From IMG/VR virus record IMGVR_UViG_3300006076_000002, positions 28,859 to 92,858 of that record: 64,000 nucleotides of DNA, one strand, 5' to 3'. This document shows, piece by piece, positions 1 to 8,368 of the stretch (positions within the stretch are counted from its first letter, which is position 1; each line of letters opens with the position of its first letter). This DNA is from a virus. Made by a program: the position numbers and the translations under genes. Under the pieces are notes generated by a model, which was not told the DNA's origin, did no database searches, and saw only the letters and a list, made by a program, of their open reading frames with translations.

Positions 1-38
1 GTTAAATATACTGAAATATACAGAAGAAATAGTTAAAT

Positions 39-60
39 TTAAGGAAGAATACGGTATAAT
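39..60 (+). promoter_or_regulatory. sigma70-type promoter TTAAGG-N10-TATAAT
   Basis: Perfect -10 box plus the upstream TAAG motif that recurs before many genes in this window; upstream of ORF 116. Confidence 0.6.
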
Positions 61-115
61 TACTTATATTTAATAGCTCCAACTATTAAGTATAATAACC
101 GTATAAAGGAAAGTC

Positions 116-571
116 ATGAGTAATTATACACAAAATTACCTTAAAGTAGTAACTAAAGGTTACAAACCAAATAACAGTTACCCAATAGATGGTATTAAAC
201 CAATAAAGTATGTTAGAGGAGAATACATGTTATCACAAGAATTTAAACGAAATATAATAAAAACTTTAGGAGCAGATGCTTATATTTTATACGAGTATTT
301 TTATGATACTACTAGAGCCAATGGTAGAATGATACCCACTGATGATGAAGGCATAGGTAATACATTTGGATGGTCAAAATCTAAAGTGACTAGGTTAAAG
401 AGTCAGCTAAAAAAAGCTAACTATTTGCTTATTATAAAAGAGTCAACTACCAAAGGCACAATATTGTATAAAGTCTTATTAAATCCTAGTATTATAACAC
501 AATATAAAAATACTGGAGAACTACCTGATGAAATAGAAGTAATAGGCAAGGAAGAACGTGGAACCAACTAA
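116..571 (+). CDS. winged-helix DNA-binding protein (replication-initiator/regulator-like)
   Basis: AAGGA RBS; pattern AYILYEYF...DDEGIGNTFGWSKSKVTRLKSQLKKANYL resembles a wHTH. Confidence 0.5.
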   Translation: MSNYTQNYLKVVTKGYKPNNSYPIDGIKPIKYVRGEYMLSQEFKRNIIKTLGADAYILYEYFYDTTRANGRMIPTDDEGIGNTFGWSKSKVTRLKSQLKKANYLLIIKESTTKGTILYKVLLNPSIITQYKNTGELPDEIEVIGKEERGTN

Positions 572-587
572 CAACGAAGGATAACTG

Positions 588-1034
588 ATGAATACGTCAA
601 GCAGAATAAACAAAGTAATATACGAGCTAGTGTCATACTATATAGATAATCAACTACCTTTCAATATTATCGCACTAGATAAGGAAGATAGTTTTGATTT
701 ACCAAAAGAAGTGTACTACGATAATAGCAACGCAGTATCTATAGATATACTAGAATGGAATCTAGAGACTGCTGAGTATGACGATAAACATTTATATGTA
801 ACATATGTATATAACAATGAGGAAATACCTCTAACTATACCGCTAGTAAACATAAACACTATTATGGATATGACACATAGAAGTATAGTATTTGTAAACA
901 TATTTGAAACAAATATAGATGATGTAATAGTTACTGATACAAATCTAAAAGTAGAAAAATATGTAAAAACACATGAAAAAGAGATAGCTCATTCAATGAG
1001 TTGTTTATCTCTATGCAACAGTAAGGACGTATAA
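588..1034 (+). CDS. hypothetical protein, possibly SspB-like fold
   Basis: AAGGA RBS; pattern LP..V......I.I..WNLE...YDD..LYV......IPLTIPL.NI..I resembles SspB-type adaptors (by eye). Confidence 0.4.
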   Translation: MNTSSRINKVIYELVSYYIDNQLPFNIIALDKEDSFDLPKEVYYDNSNAVSIDILEWNLETAEYDDKHLYVTYVYNNEEIPLTIPLVNINTIMDMTHRSIVFVNIFETNIDDVIVTDTNLKVEKYVKTHEKEIAHSMSCLSLCNSKDV

Positions 1035-1366
1035 TGGCTAATATATTAGGACAAGACGAGATAGATGCATTGTTAGATGTATGCGATGAAACTACAGACT
1101 TAGAGAATTTACAATATCTAAGAGCCTTCTTTAGAGAAGCTCCTGTTGAAGGTACTGTTAATGACACCTATATACGAGTATCTAACAATTTAGCAAAAGA
1201 TATCATAAAGCAACTTGGTAGTGCTATCATAACATTGGAACGTTTAACAGAAGATGGTAGTAAGGCTAAAAATAGTTATAAAGAATGCGGTACTTGTACA
1301 GTGTGCGGAACATACAACGACCCAGACAGGCAGGTATGTAACTGCGCCAATAAGCAATTAATTTAG
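1034..1366 (+). CDS. small protein with FliM-like N-terminal peptide and C-terminal Cys cluster
   Basis: Starts MANILGQDEIDALLDVCDE; ends with CGTCTVCG...CNC; TAATG coupling and AAGGA RBS. Confidence 0.7.
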   Translation: MANILGQDEIDALLDVCDETTDLENLQYLRAFFREAPVEGTVNDTYIRVSNNLAKDIIKQLGSAIITLERLTEDGSKAKNSYKECGTCTVCGTYNDPDRQVCNCANKQLI

Positions 1367-1387
1367 ATATATTGATAAGGGCATATA

Positions 1388-1612
1388 ATGAAAGATATAC
1401 TAAATGAAAAAGAAGTAAATGAGATACTAAATATTTTAAGTAGCTATAGCGAGTTAGAGAACTTACAGCACATAAAAAGCTATTTAAAAGAAGTACCTAT
1501 ATCTGGTACAGTATTTAATTCTTATGTAGAAATACCTAGTAATACTGTAATAGATATTATTAAACAACTAGACAGAGTTATTACTATTTTAAAACAAACA
1601 GAAAATAACTAA
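1388..1612 (+). CDS. paralog of 1034..1366 lacking the Cys tail
   Basis: Shares LENLQ.....E.P..GTV...Y....N...DIIKQL...I..L with the upstream ORF. Confidence 0.75.
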   Translation: MKDILNEKEVNEILNILSSYSELENLQHIKSYLKEVPISGTVFNSYVEIPSNTVIDIIKQLDRVITILKQTENN

Positions 1613-1803
1613 TGTTTATATTAGAAGCAACAGTAAGTTATAACACGTGTAGTACGTTATACTATAGTTATTTTGGAGAATATACAGAAATAACATTAGA
1701 TAAAAAAGAGGCTTTAAAAATGGATAACATATTTGATGTTAAACAACTAATAAATAAACACAATCTTAAAAACTATAAAATAGTTGAAATAAAGAATAGC
1801 TGA
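1612..1803 (+). CDS. hypothetical protein (small NIFxxK family, copy 1)
   Basis: Translationally coupled ORF; DNIFDVKQ...YKIVEIK. Confidence 0.7.
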   Translation: MFILEATVSYNTCSTLYYSYFGEYTEITLDKKEALKMDNIFDVKQLINKHNLKNYKIVEIKNS

Positions 1804-2171
1804 TGATTGGTAAAGAATTGTTAAGTGAAATACTGGGCTATACTCCTAAAACAATTAAATTTGATAAAAATAGGAATGAAGTTATATGGTTAAAAGAAAT
1901 CACTTATAAAAGCTACGGTATTGAACAATCAGGTAATATTAAAATGTATATAAATATCTATGAGTTAGCACATAAGTGTAAAAAGTGGCTAATTAATAGT
2001 GATTATTTTATTACTATAAAATATGATCCTCGTATAGGGAGAACTAAAATTGAATTAATTGTATCTAAAGATAGTACTACTATATCCAGTGAAGAACACT
2101 TTTATACAAACACAGAACAAGATGCTATATTTCAAGCATGTGAATGGATACTTAAACAAAAGGATAACTAA
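1803..2171 (+). CDS. hypothetical phage protein
   Basis: Coupled ORF; KELLSEIL...INIYELAHKCKKW...TEQDAIFQACEWIL. Confidence 0.7.
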   Translation: MIGKELLSEILGYTPKTIKFDKNRNEVIWLKEITYKSYGIEQSGNIKMYINIYELAHKCKKWLINSDYFITIKYDPRIGRTKIELIVSKDSTTISSEEHFYTNTEQDAIFQACEWILKQKDN

Positions 2172-2356
2172 TGAAGTATAGACTAAGAATTAGTTATAAC
2201 CATAAATCTACTGCTATAGGCCCTGGTATCCCTCCAAACACTGAAGTACTGCCAAAAGTATACGATAACATATTTGAAGCTAAGAGAGCTAAAGAACTTT
2301 TTATAAAACATAATGATGGGTGTAGTTTTACCATAATTGAAATAAAGAGTAGATAA
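2171..2356 (+). CDS. hypothetical protein (small NIFxxK family, copy 2)
   Basis: AAGGA RBS, TAATG overlap; DNIFEAK...FTIIEIK. Confidence 0.7.
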   Translation: MKYRLRISYNHKSTAIGPGIPPNTEVLPKVYDNIFEAKRAKELFIKHNDGCSFTIIEIKSR

Positions 2357-2562
2357 TGTCTCAGTTGTATATACTACATACTAATTACCATACAGGTATA
2401 GATTTTCAAGTATATTACTATGCATACAGTAAAGATACAGCAAGTTATGGTGTGTGGGCTACTGATATGGAGTATGCAACTAAACTAAATATATTTGAAG
2501 CTAAACAGGTAGTACATGAGTATAAACTTAAAGACTACAATCTAATTGAAATAAAGGAGTAA
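2356..2562 (+). CDS. hypothetical protein (small NIFxxK family, copy 3)
   Basis: TAATG overlap; LNIFEAKQ...YNLIEIK. Confidence 0.7.
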   Translation: MSQLYILHTNYHTGIDFQVYYYAYSKDTASYGVWATDMEYATKLNIFEAKQVVHEYKLKDYNLIEIKE

Positions 2563-2564
2563 CT

Positions 2565-3077
2565 ATGAGTATTTTACTAAAAGAAAAAATAGCAAAACAT
2601 AGAAATGGTAGGTATATAGGACTATATAAATGTGATTGTGGTAACGAATATACAGCAGTACAGACAAAATTCAATTCAGGGCATAATAAAGACTGTGGGT
2701 GTAGAATTAATGCAAAAAATAAAAAAGCCTCCCCTGAAGTATTAAGGTTAAAACAAATACGCAAAGGTATGCTGCAGAGATGTTACAATGAAAAAGCTGA
2801 ACACTACGACTGTTATGGTGGACGTGGAATAACTGTATGTAAAGAATGGGTAAACGATAAGGATACTTTTATAAAATGGGCGCTATCTAATGGGTATAAA
2901 ATAGACTTAAATGAAAAAGGTATCAATAAACTATCAATAGACCGTATAGACAATAATAAAGGATATTACTCTAGTAACTGTAGATGGGTAGATAAAAGTA
3001 CCCAAATGAAGAACAGAAGACCATATAGAGTAGGTAAACCTAAATTAACTATAGAATCATTTGACTGGGTAATATAA
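2565..3077 (+). CDS. free-standing HNH-type homing endonuclease
   Basis: CDCG, MLQRCYN, YGGRGITVC.EW, LSIDRIDNNKGY...NCRW motifs. Confidence 0.85.
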   Translation: MSILLKEKIAKHRNGRYIGLYKCDCGNEYTAVQTKFNSGHNKDCGCRINAKNKKASPEVLRLKQIRKGMLQRCYNEKAEHYDCYGGRGITVCKEWVNDKDTFIKWALSNGYKIDLNEKGINKLSIDRIDNNKGYYSSNCRWVDKSTQMKNRRPYRVGKPKLTIESFDWVI

Positions 3078-3089
3078 AGGAAATGTGAT

Positions 3090-5564
3090 ATGTCAATAAT
3101 AAAAGTTAGCTACGAAATAGCTTCTACTAGTTATACTATAGGTAAGATACTACGTAAGCTAGAATCTGTACCATTATTAGCAGTGGATACTGAAGTAAGA
3201 AGTATCTACAGCAATAAAGAAATTAAAGAAGCCAAAGAATTACTTAAAGATACTACTAATATGTCTGTAGAAATAGTTAATGAACTAAAACTTATAGCAG
3301 GGAGTAGTGGACTTAGTTATCCTAAAATCACTAAAGTAACTCACTTTATTTTATCTTACGATAAAGAACATAGTTATATCCTATTACCTAGTACTCCCCA
3401 AGAAGAACTACGTATATGGAATTGGTTAGCTAAGTTTCAAGGTAAGGTATTAGTATGGAATAGTTTATTTGATATGAAAATCATGTATGAACGTATACAA
3501 CAATTACCTATAGATTTAGAAGACCCTATGCTTATGCTTAGAACCTTAATTAATGATGTAGATAGTTGGAAGTGTAGAACAGGTTTAAAAGAGTTTGTAG
3601 GCTCTTATTATGACCCTAAATGGGGTATGATGGAAGACTACACTAATGAAAACTATAAAGATGTTAGTTTCTTACAGTATTGTGCTAATGATACTAGTGC
3701 ATTATTATTGGCCTATGAATTAATCTGTGAAGAATCAAACTATGATGGTACTAAATCTGATAAACGTCCTTGGGAGATATTAGGTACTCTGCCTGAGCCT
3801 AAAGATTTTGACCCTTCAGAAGAAGAACCCTTATATTTTTATAAGCATTTTATACGACCTCTTATACCTGATATGATAAAACTAATGTGTAATGGTTTAA
3901 CTATGAATCAAGAAGCTATACAAGACTTAGATAAAGTAATAGTTAACGTACTAGACTCAGTAAAAACTACCTTAGCTAATAACACTGTTATACAAGAATT
4001 TCAAAAACTCCAGTATAAGAAAAACTATAAAGCACTTGAAGCAGAACAACGTTCTAAGTTTCGTACACTTGACTACTATCTTAAACCTTATAAGCAAGGT
4101 GATATGACTCATCGTACCTACTTAGTTAATTACTTACTTGACCAAGCTAGTCTATCTAAAGATAAACGCAGTAAATGGACTGTAAACGACTTAAAGAAGT
4201 ACAACCAGATAAATCCATTACCTATGTTTAAAGACATCATAGAGAAGACCGTAGACCCTACCAACGAGGTAGTATTAGATGTTATGAAATGTTTAGCACA
4301 AGAAAAACTTGACATATATAACAAATCTAAGCTAATTAAACTAGAAACTATCACTAAAGAAGAACTAGTTCCTCCTTTTAATGCCGGTAGTTCTAAACAG
4401 AAGACAGAGTTATTTAATTGGCTAGGTATTAAACCTTTAAAATTCAGTAAAGATACAGGTGAGCCAAGCTGGGGAAGAGAGCAGGTTGAGGAGCTATTAA
4501 AAACCGCTGAAGATGAAACACTAAGAGAAGTGTTACAAGCTTTTATAGATTATAGCTATAGCGCTATTATTAAAAACAACTTCTTAGAATCATTTTCACG
4601 TTATACTATTGACGGTACTCTTCACGGAGGGGTGCGTTTATTCGGAACTAAAACATTCCGTCCCACAGGACAAAACCCTAACTTCCTTCAACTCCCTAGT
4701 TCTGGTTCTATATATGCTAAACCTTTAAAGAAATGTATTGTAGCTAAACCTGGATATCTTGTATGGACTATAGACTATGATCAACTAGAGGATAGAGTAT
4801 TAGCTAACTTAACAAAGGATGAAGGTAAATGTAATATATTTTTAAAAAACCTAGATAGCCATTGTTACAATGCCTTAGGTTATTTTCCTGATAAAATCGC
4901 AGAACATATGCCATTAACAGGAGATCTAATTGCAGATACTTTAGAATTTAAAAGTAGGATAGAAAATGGAAATAAAGCTTTAAAGGATATCAGACAGCAA
5001 GGTAAAAGAGTTACGTTTGGAATTTCTTATGGAGCATTTCCCCCTAAAATAGCAGATTCTATAAAATGTTCAATAGAAGAAGCTACAGAAATATTCAACA
5101 ACTACCACGGTAAACTGTACCCAGGAATTACTAAACTACGTGAAGATATTATTATACCTCAAACAAGTAAGAATGGGTATGTACATATGGGATTAGGTGC
5201 TAGGTTATATACTAGTGATATCAATAAAGATACAAGAACTATATGGAATTCTGTATCTCAATTTTGGTCAATACTAACTCTTATAGCTATGAATGAATTT
5301 CATTATAGATTACAAGAAGTAAATCATGACATCACTATTAATGCAACCGTATATGATGCCTTATACGGTCAAATTGAGAATACCCCAGAAGCTATTGAAT
5401 GGTTAAATAATACTTTACCTGAAATAATGAGAAAAGATTTTTTATCCGATACCTTAGTACACAATAATGCAGCTGTAGAAATCGGCACTAGTTGGGCTAA
5501 TTTACATGAATTACCTACCAACGCTTCTCTGGAGCAAATAGAACAAACACTAAAGGATTTATAA
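3090..5564 (+). CDS. family A DNA polymerase with 3'-5' exonuclease
   Basis: Exo motifs DTE, NSLFD, YCAND; Pol motifs NPNFLQLP, DYDQLEDR (A), RQQGKRVTFGISYG (B), TVYDA (C). Confidence 0.95.
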   Translation: MSIIKVSYEIASTSYTIGKILRKLESVPLLAVDTEVRSIYSNKEIKEAKELLKDTTNMSVEIVNELKLIAGSSGLSYPKITKVTHFILSYDKEHSYILLPSTPQEELRIWNWLAKFQGKVLVWNSLFDMKIMYERIQQLPIDLEDPMLMLRTLINDVDSWKCRTGLKEFVGSYYDPKWGMMEDYTNENYKDVSFLQYCANDTSALLLAYELICEESNYDGTKSDKRPWEILGTLPEPKDFDPSEEEPLYFYKHFIRPLIPDMIKLMCNGLTMNQEAIQDLDKVIVNVLDSVKTTLANNTVIQEFQKLQYKKNYKALEAEQRSKFRTLDYYLKPYKQGDMTHRTYLVNYLLDQASLSKDKRSKWTVNDLKKYNQINPLPMFKDIIEKTVDPTNEVVLDVMKCLAQEKLDIYNKSKLIKLETITKEELVPPFNAGSSKQKTELFNWLGIKPLKFSKDTGEPSWGREQVEELLKTAEDETLREVLQAFIDYSYSAIIKNNFLESFSRYTIDGTLHGGVRLFGTKTFRPTGQNPNFLQLPSSGSIYAKPLKKCIVAKPGYLVWTIDYDQLEDRVLANLTKDEGKCNIFLKNLDSHCYNALGYFPDKIAEHMPLTGDLIADTLEFKSRIENGNKALKDIRQQGKRVTFGISYGAFPPKIADSIKCSIEEATEIFNNYHGKLYPGITKLREDIIIPQTSKNGYVHMGLGARLYTSDINKDTRTIWNSVSQFWSILTLIAMNEFHYRLQEVNHDITINATVYDALYGQIENTPEAIEWLNNTLPEIMRKDFLSDTLVHNNAAVEIGTSWANLHELPTNASLEQIEQTLKDL

Positions 5565-5743
5565 TGAAGCTAGAAGATATGACAACTGAAGAAAGAGTAT
5601 GTACTGTACTAAACAAACTAAATGAAATAGTGAATAAACCTGCAAGCACTGAAATTCCGCCATGGTTAGTAGAGTATAGAAAAGCAGAACATGCAGCAAT
5701 AGAAAAATGGTGTAATTCAGTAATGGCTAAAAAGGATTTATAA
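5564..5743 (+). CDS. hypothetical protein, 59 aa (MKLEDMTTEERVC...MAKKDL), below ORF-track cutoff
   Basis: AAGGA RBS and TAATG overlaps at both ends. Confidence 0.7.
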   Translation: MKLEDMTTEERVCTVLNKLNEIVNKPASTEIPPWLVEYRKAEHAAIEKWCNSVMAKKDL

Positions 5744-5952
5744 TGAAAACTGACACTCCATTAACTGATACTTGGGATCACGTAAAAGATATATCTTCTA
5801 TAGAAGCACAACTTAGTAGAACCTTAAACAATATGAAACAATGCTATGTATGTGGAAAGAAAGCTACACATAGTGTATATCACAAAGAACCTAACCAATT
5901 TATGGGAAGTTTTATAGGTCTATGTAACAACCATACTAAAAAGGATTTATAA
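5743..5952 (+). CDS. small putative zinc-binding protein
   Basis: CYVCGKKATH...LCNNH; AAGGA RBS. Confidence 0.65.
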   Translation: MKTDTPLTDTWDHVKDISSIEAQLSRTLNNMKQCYVCGKKATHSVYHKEPNQFMGSFIGLCNNHTKKDL

Positions 5953-6245
5953 TGAGTTTAAAACAAGAACTAGTAGGTTGGGTATTCTTTGATTCAGAAG
6001 AGCTAGAAGATAGAACAAACTTAATTAAAACAATAAGTATACATCTTGCAGGATTTAAACGAGACATAGCTAGTTATTCTGATGAATGCAGTGTAATCAA
6101 AGGGAAGTTAATTGTACCTGAACACGTAGTAGAGGATTTAAAATATATGTTAGATGCTTATGTATATAATTTATTAATGATATTCAAAGAAGTGGATAAA
6201 GGTATGTATGATAAACTCATAGAACAAACACTAAAAGAAAAGTAA
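5952..6245 (+). CDS. hypothetical protein
   Basis: AAGGA RBS, TAATG coupling. Confidence 0.7.
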   Translation: MSLKQELVGWVFFDSEELEDRTNLIKTISIHLAGFKRDIASYSDECSVIKGKLIVPEHVVEDLKYMLDAYVYNLLMIFKEVDKGMYDKLIEQTLKEK

Positions 6246-6255
6246 AGGATTTATC

Positions 6256-6588
6256 ATCGGATTCAGATCAGACGTATACATAAAATGTAAAAAAGAAAAA
6301 GTATTTGAATTTAAACATTTCCTACAAACATATAGAGAAAAGTTTAATGAAGATTTACAACAACAAGAAGAATTCTACACAGACGATGATTACTTATATT
6401 TAATTCTACGTGACTGGAAATTTTATTCTAGTTATCCAGAAGTAGATTTTATTACAGACTTTGTAGAACTAGAAGACTTAGACGAGTATATCGGTATGAT
6501 AGCTATTAATGAAGATTCTACTAAAGATGAATGGGGAAGTCCTTGGGATGTAGATTTAAATACCTATATGGAAATAGAAGGAATGTAA
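6256..6588 (+). CDS. 110-aa hypothetical protein with ATC at the start position (xGFRSDVYIK...EIEGM)
   Basis: Open frame fills the gap exactly; AAGGATTTATC-ATC has the same RBS spacing as neighbours with AAGGATTTATA-ATG. Confidence 0.6.
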   Translation: MGFRSDVYIKCKKEKVFEFKHFLQTYREKFNEDLQQQEEFYTDDDYLYLILRDWKFYSSYPEVDFITDFVELEDLDEYIGMIAINEDSTKDEWGSPWDVDLNTYMEIEGM

Positions 6589-6807
6589 ATGGAAACTTTT
6601 AATGATTCAAATGAAGAAAAACGAGCACAAGAATGTGTAAACAGAGGTAACTTTTGGGTATGTAAGGAATGTGCAGACAAATATAGTAAAAACCTATCTT
6701 ATGAAGGCATATTAACTATGCATAACGATGAGTGTTATATCTGTCAACAGCATAGAATGGTAGCTCCTAGCTATAAGCTATTTGGCTTTTATAAAGGAGT
6801 AATATAA
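6589..6807 (+). CDS. small zinc-ribbon-like protein
   Basis: CKEC...CYIC pairs. Confidence 0.65.
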   Translation: METFNDSNEEKRAQECVNRGNFWVCKECADKYSKNLSYEGILTMHNDECYICQQHRMVAPSYKLFGFYKGVI

Positions 6808-6998
6808 TGACAATACAAATTAAGAACATACAGTATTTCGAATGGAAAATACCAGATAACTTAGTTAAAGGCATAGCACCTGATGATTATGATAAATTAC
6901 AGCAACTAATCGATGAATATTTCATTCCAGATGACTGTACAGAAGTAGAGCAAATCAGTGATGATTACTACGAACTCGAACAAGTAGAAGCACAATGA
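6807..6998 (+). CDS. hypothetical acidic protein
   Basis: AAGGAG RBS, coupled ORF. Confidence 0.65.
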   Translation: MTIQIKNIQYFEWKIPDNLVKGIAPDDYDKLQQLIDEYFIPDDCTEVEQISDDYYELEQVEAQ

Positions 6999-7177
6999 CA
7001 CAAGCACAGCTATATCAACTGTATTTAGATGCTACTGAACTAATGGTACAAAATGACATGACAGAAGCTTATGATTTAATTGATTATTTAGCTCAAAAAT
7101 ACAATTTAATATTTGATGTATATTTAGCTAATAAATCATATCTAACAGAAGATAAATATTATCCACCAAAGGAATAA
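6995..7177 (+). CDS. hypothetical protein
   Basis: ATGA overlap with upstream ORF. Confidence 0.6.
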   Translation: MTQAQLYQLYLDATELMVQNDMTEAYDLIDYLAQKYNLIFDVYLANKSYLTEDKYYPPKE

Positions 7178-7179
7178 CA

Positions 7180-7347
7180 ATGATAATAGAAATAACAGTA
7201 AAACAGGGAAAAGATGTAGAAACTTATACACGTACAAATGTGAAGTTCTATAGTTTCGATAAACAATATCTAGCAATTACCTATAACGATAATTCTCATG
7301 GATACTATAGATTATCTACAGTACTAGTGATAGAGGAGGTAGCATGA
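7180..7347 (+). CDS. hypothetical protein, 55 aa (MIIEITVKQGKD...IEEVA)
   Basis: AAGGA RBS; ATGA overlap with next gene. Confidence 0.6.
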   Translation: MIIEITVKQGKDVETYTRTNVKFYSFDKQYLAITYNDNSHGYYRLSTVLVIEEVA

Positions 7348-8261
7348 AAGTAGGAACCCCAACCTCTCTTGATTATTATAATGGGCAAAATGAAGTACCT
7401 GAAGGTGCATTCCGTATTGGAGCATCTTCATTTAGTACCTTTGTGTCACGACCATGGCAGTGGTTCAAGGAACAAGTACTAGGTATTGGAGGATTTGAAG
7501 GCTCCACGAGCAGTATCTTAGGTTCTGTGGTGCATTACGTCTGTGAACAAAAAGCACAAGGCAAAGAACCGGATATTAATGAAATCGATCAGTACATCCT
7601 CAATAATCGGGGTAACCCTGATGTTGATGCATACATAGTTGAAAAAGAATGGAAATCTATGGCTATATGTGTTGTCAATGAATTTGTATTACCTAACATT
7701 AAACGCTATAGTTCAGTAGAGGAGTTCGTAGTACACGACCTTGGAGATGGTATCTACATTGGTGGTTCGATAGATGCTGTACTAGATGAATACAAAACCT
7801 ATAAAGTAAATGGTGCCTATATAAACGGCAAAAAAGAGTATGATAAGCTATCTTTAGATAAACAAAACGATTGTACTATAACTTCTACCTCAGGCACAAT
7901 AGTGGATTACAAAACAACGTCTGGACGTGTACCTACTAATATCCCAGCTAACTACAAGCAACAATTACTAGTTTATGCCTGGGTACTTAAACAACTAGGC
8001 AGAACTATGGATCGTATACAACTGGTATACATCACCAGAGAGAAGGATACTCGTGCTATCAGTGAGAAAACTGGCAAATCTATAGGGCGTTTACAGCTAC
8101 CAGAAACTACTGTGTTAACTGAGCAAATACAAGAATCAGATTTACAGTGGATAGAAGAGGAAATTATGTTATGTAAAGATAAACTATTACTTACAGAACA
8201 ACAACCAGATATAGCTAATCTTATTTGGCACTACCCTGAATCTTATTTAACTAATAATTAA
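7344..8261 (+). CDS. PD-(D/E)XK (RecB/Cas4-like) exonuclease
   Basis: GSVVH, GGSIDA, IVDYKT, QLLVYAW motifs; GAGGAGG RBS. Confidence 0.85.
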   Translation: MKVGTPTSLDYYNGQNEVPEGAFRIGASSFSTFVSRPWQWFKEQVLGIGGFEGSTSSILGSVVHYVCEQKAQGKEPDINEIDQYILNNRGNPDVDAYIVEKEWKSMAICVVNEFVLPNIKRYSSVEEFVVHDLGDGIYIGGSIDAVLDEYKTYKVNGAYINGKKEYDKLSLDKQNDCTITSTSGTIVDYKTTSGRVPTNIPANYKQQLLVYAWVLKQLGRTMDRIQLVYITREKDTRAISEKTGKSIGRLQLPETTVLTEQIQESDLQWIEEEIMLCKDKLLLTEQQPDIANLIWHYPESYLTNN

Positions 8262-8279
8262 GCTAACCTATTGTACAAT
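8258..8279 (+). promoter_or_regulatory. promoter TTAAGC-N10-TACAAT for the downstream endonuclease
   Basis: Matches window-wide motif. Confidence 0.55.
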
Positions 8280-8368
8280 TTTTCATAAGTCCTTTAAATA
8301 GGCAGTCTTATACGGATAACTATCTACGGTTATCTAAAGCCTTATTATTTACAATAAGGAATAATCAT

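Larger units (their letters stand above)
5538..6235 (+). repeat. 17-bp direct repeat ATAGAACAAACACTAAA (5538-5554 and 6219-6235) flanking three small genes
   Basis: Exact match seen in sequence; both copies encode IEQTLK. Confidence 0.85.

Noticed and set aside
5538-6260. CRISPR-like or integron attC array
   Set aside because: Repeats are short non-palindromic RBS/stop/start junctions separated by whole ORFs; no cas or integrase gene in the window.
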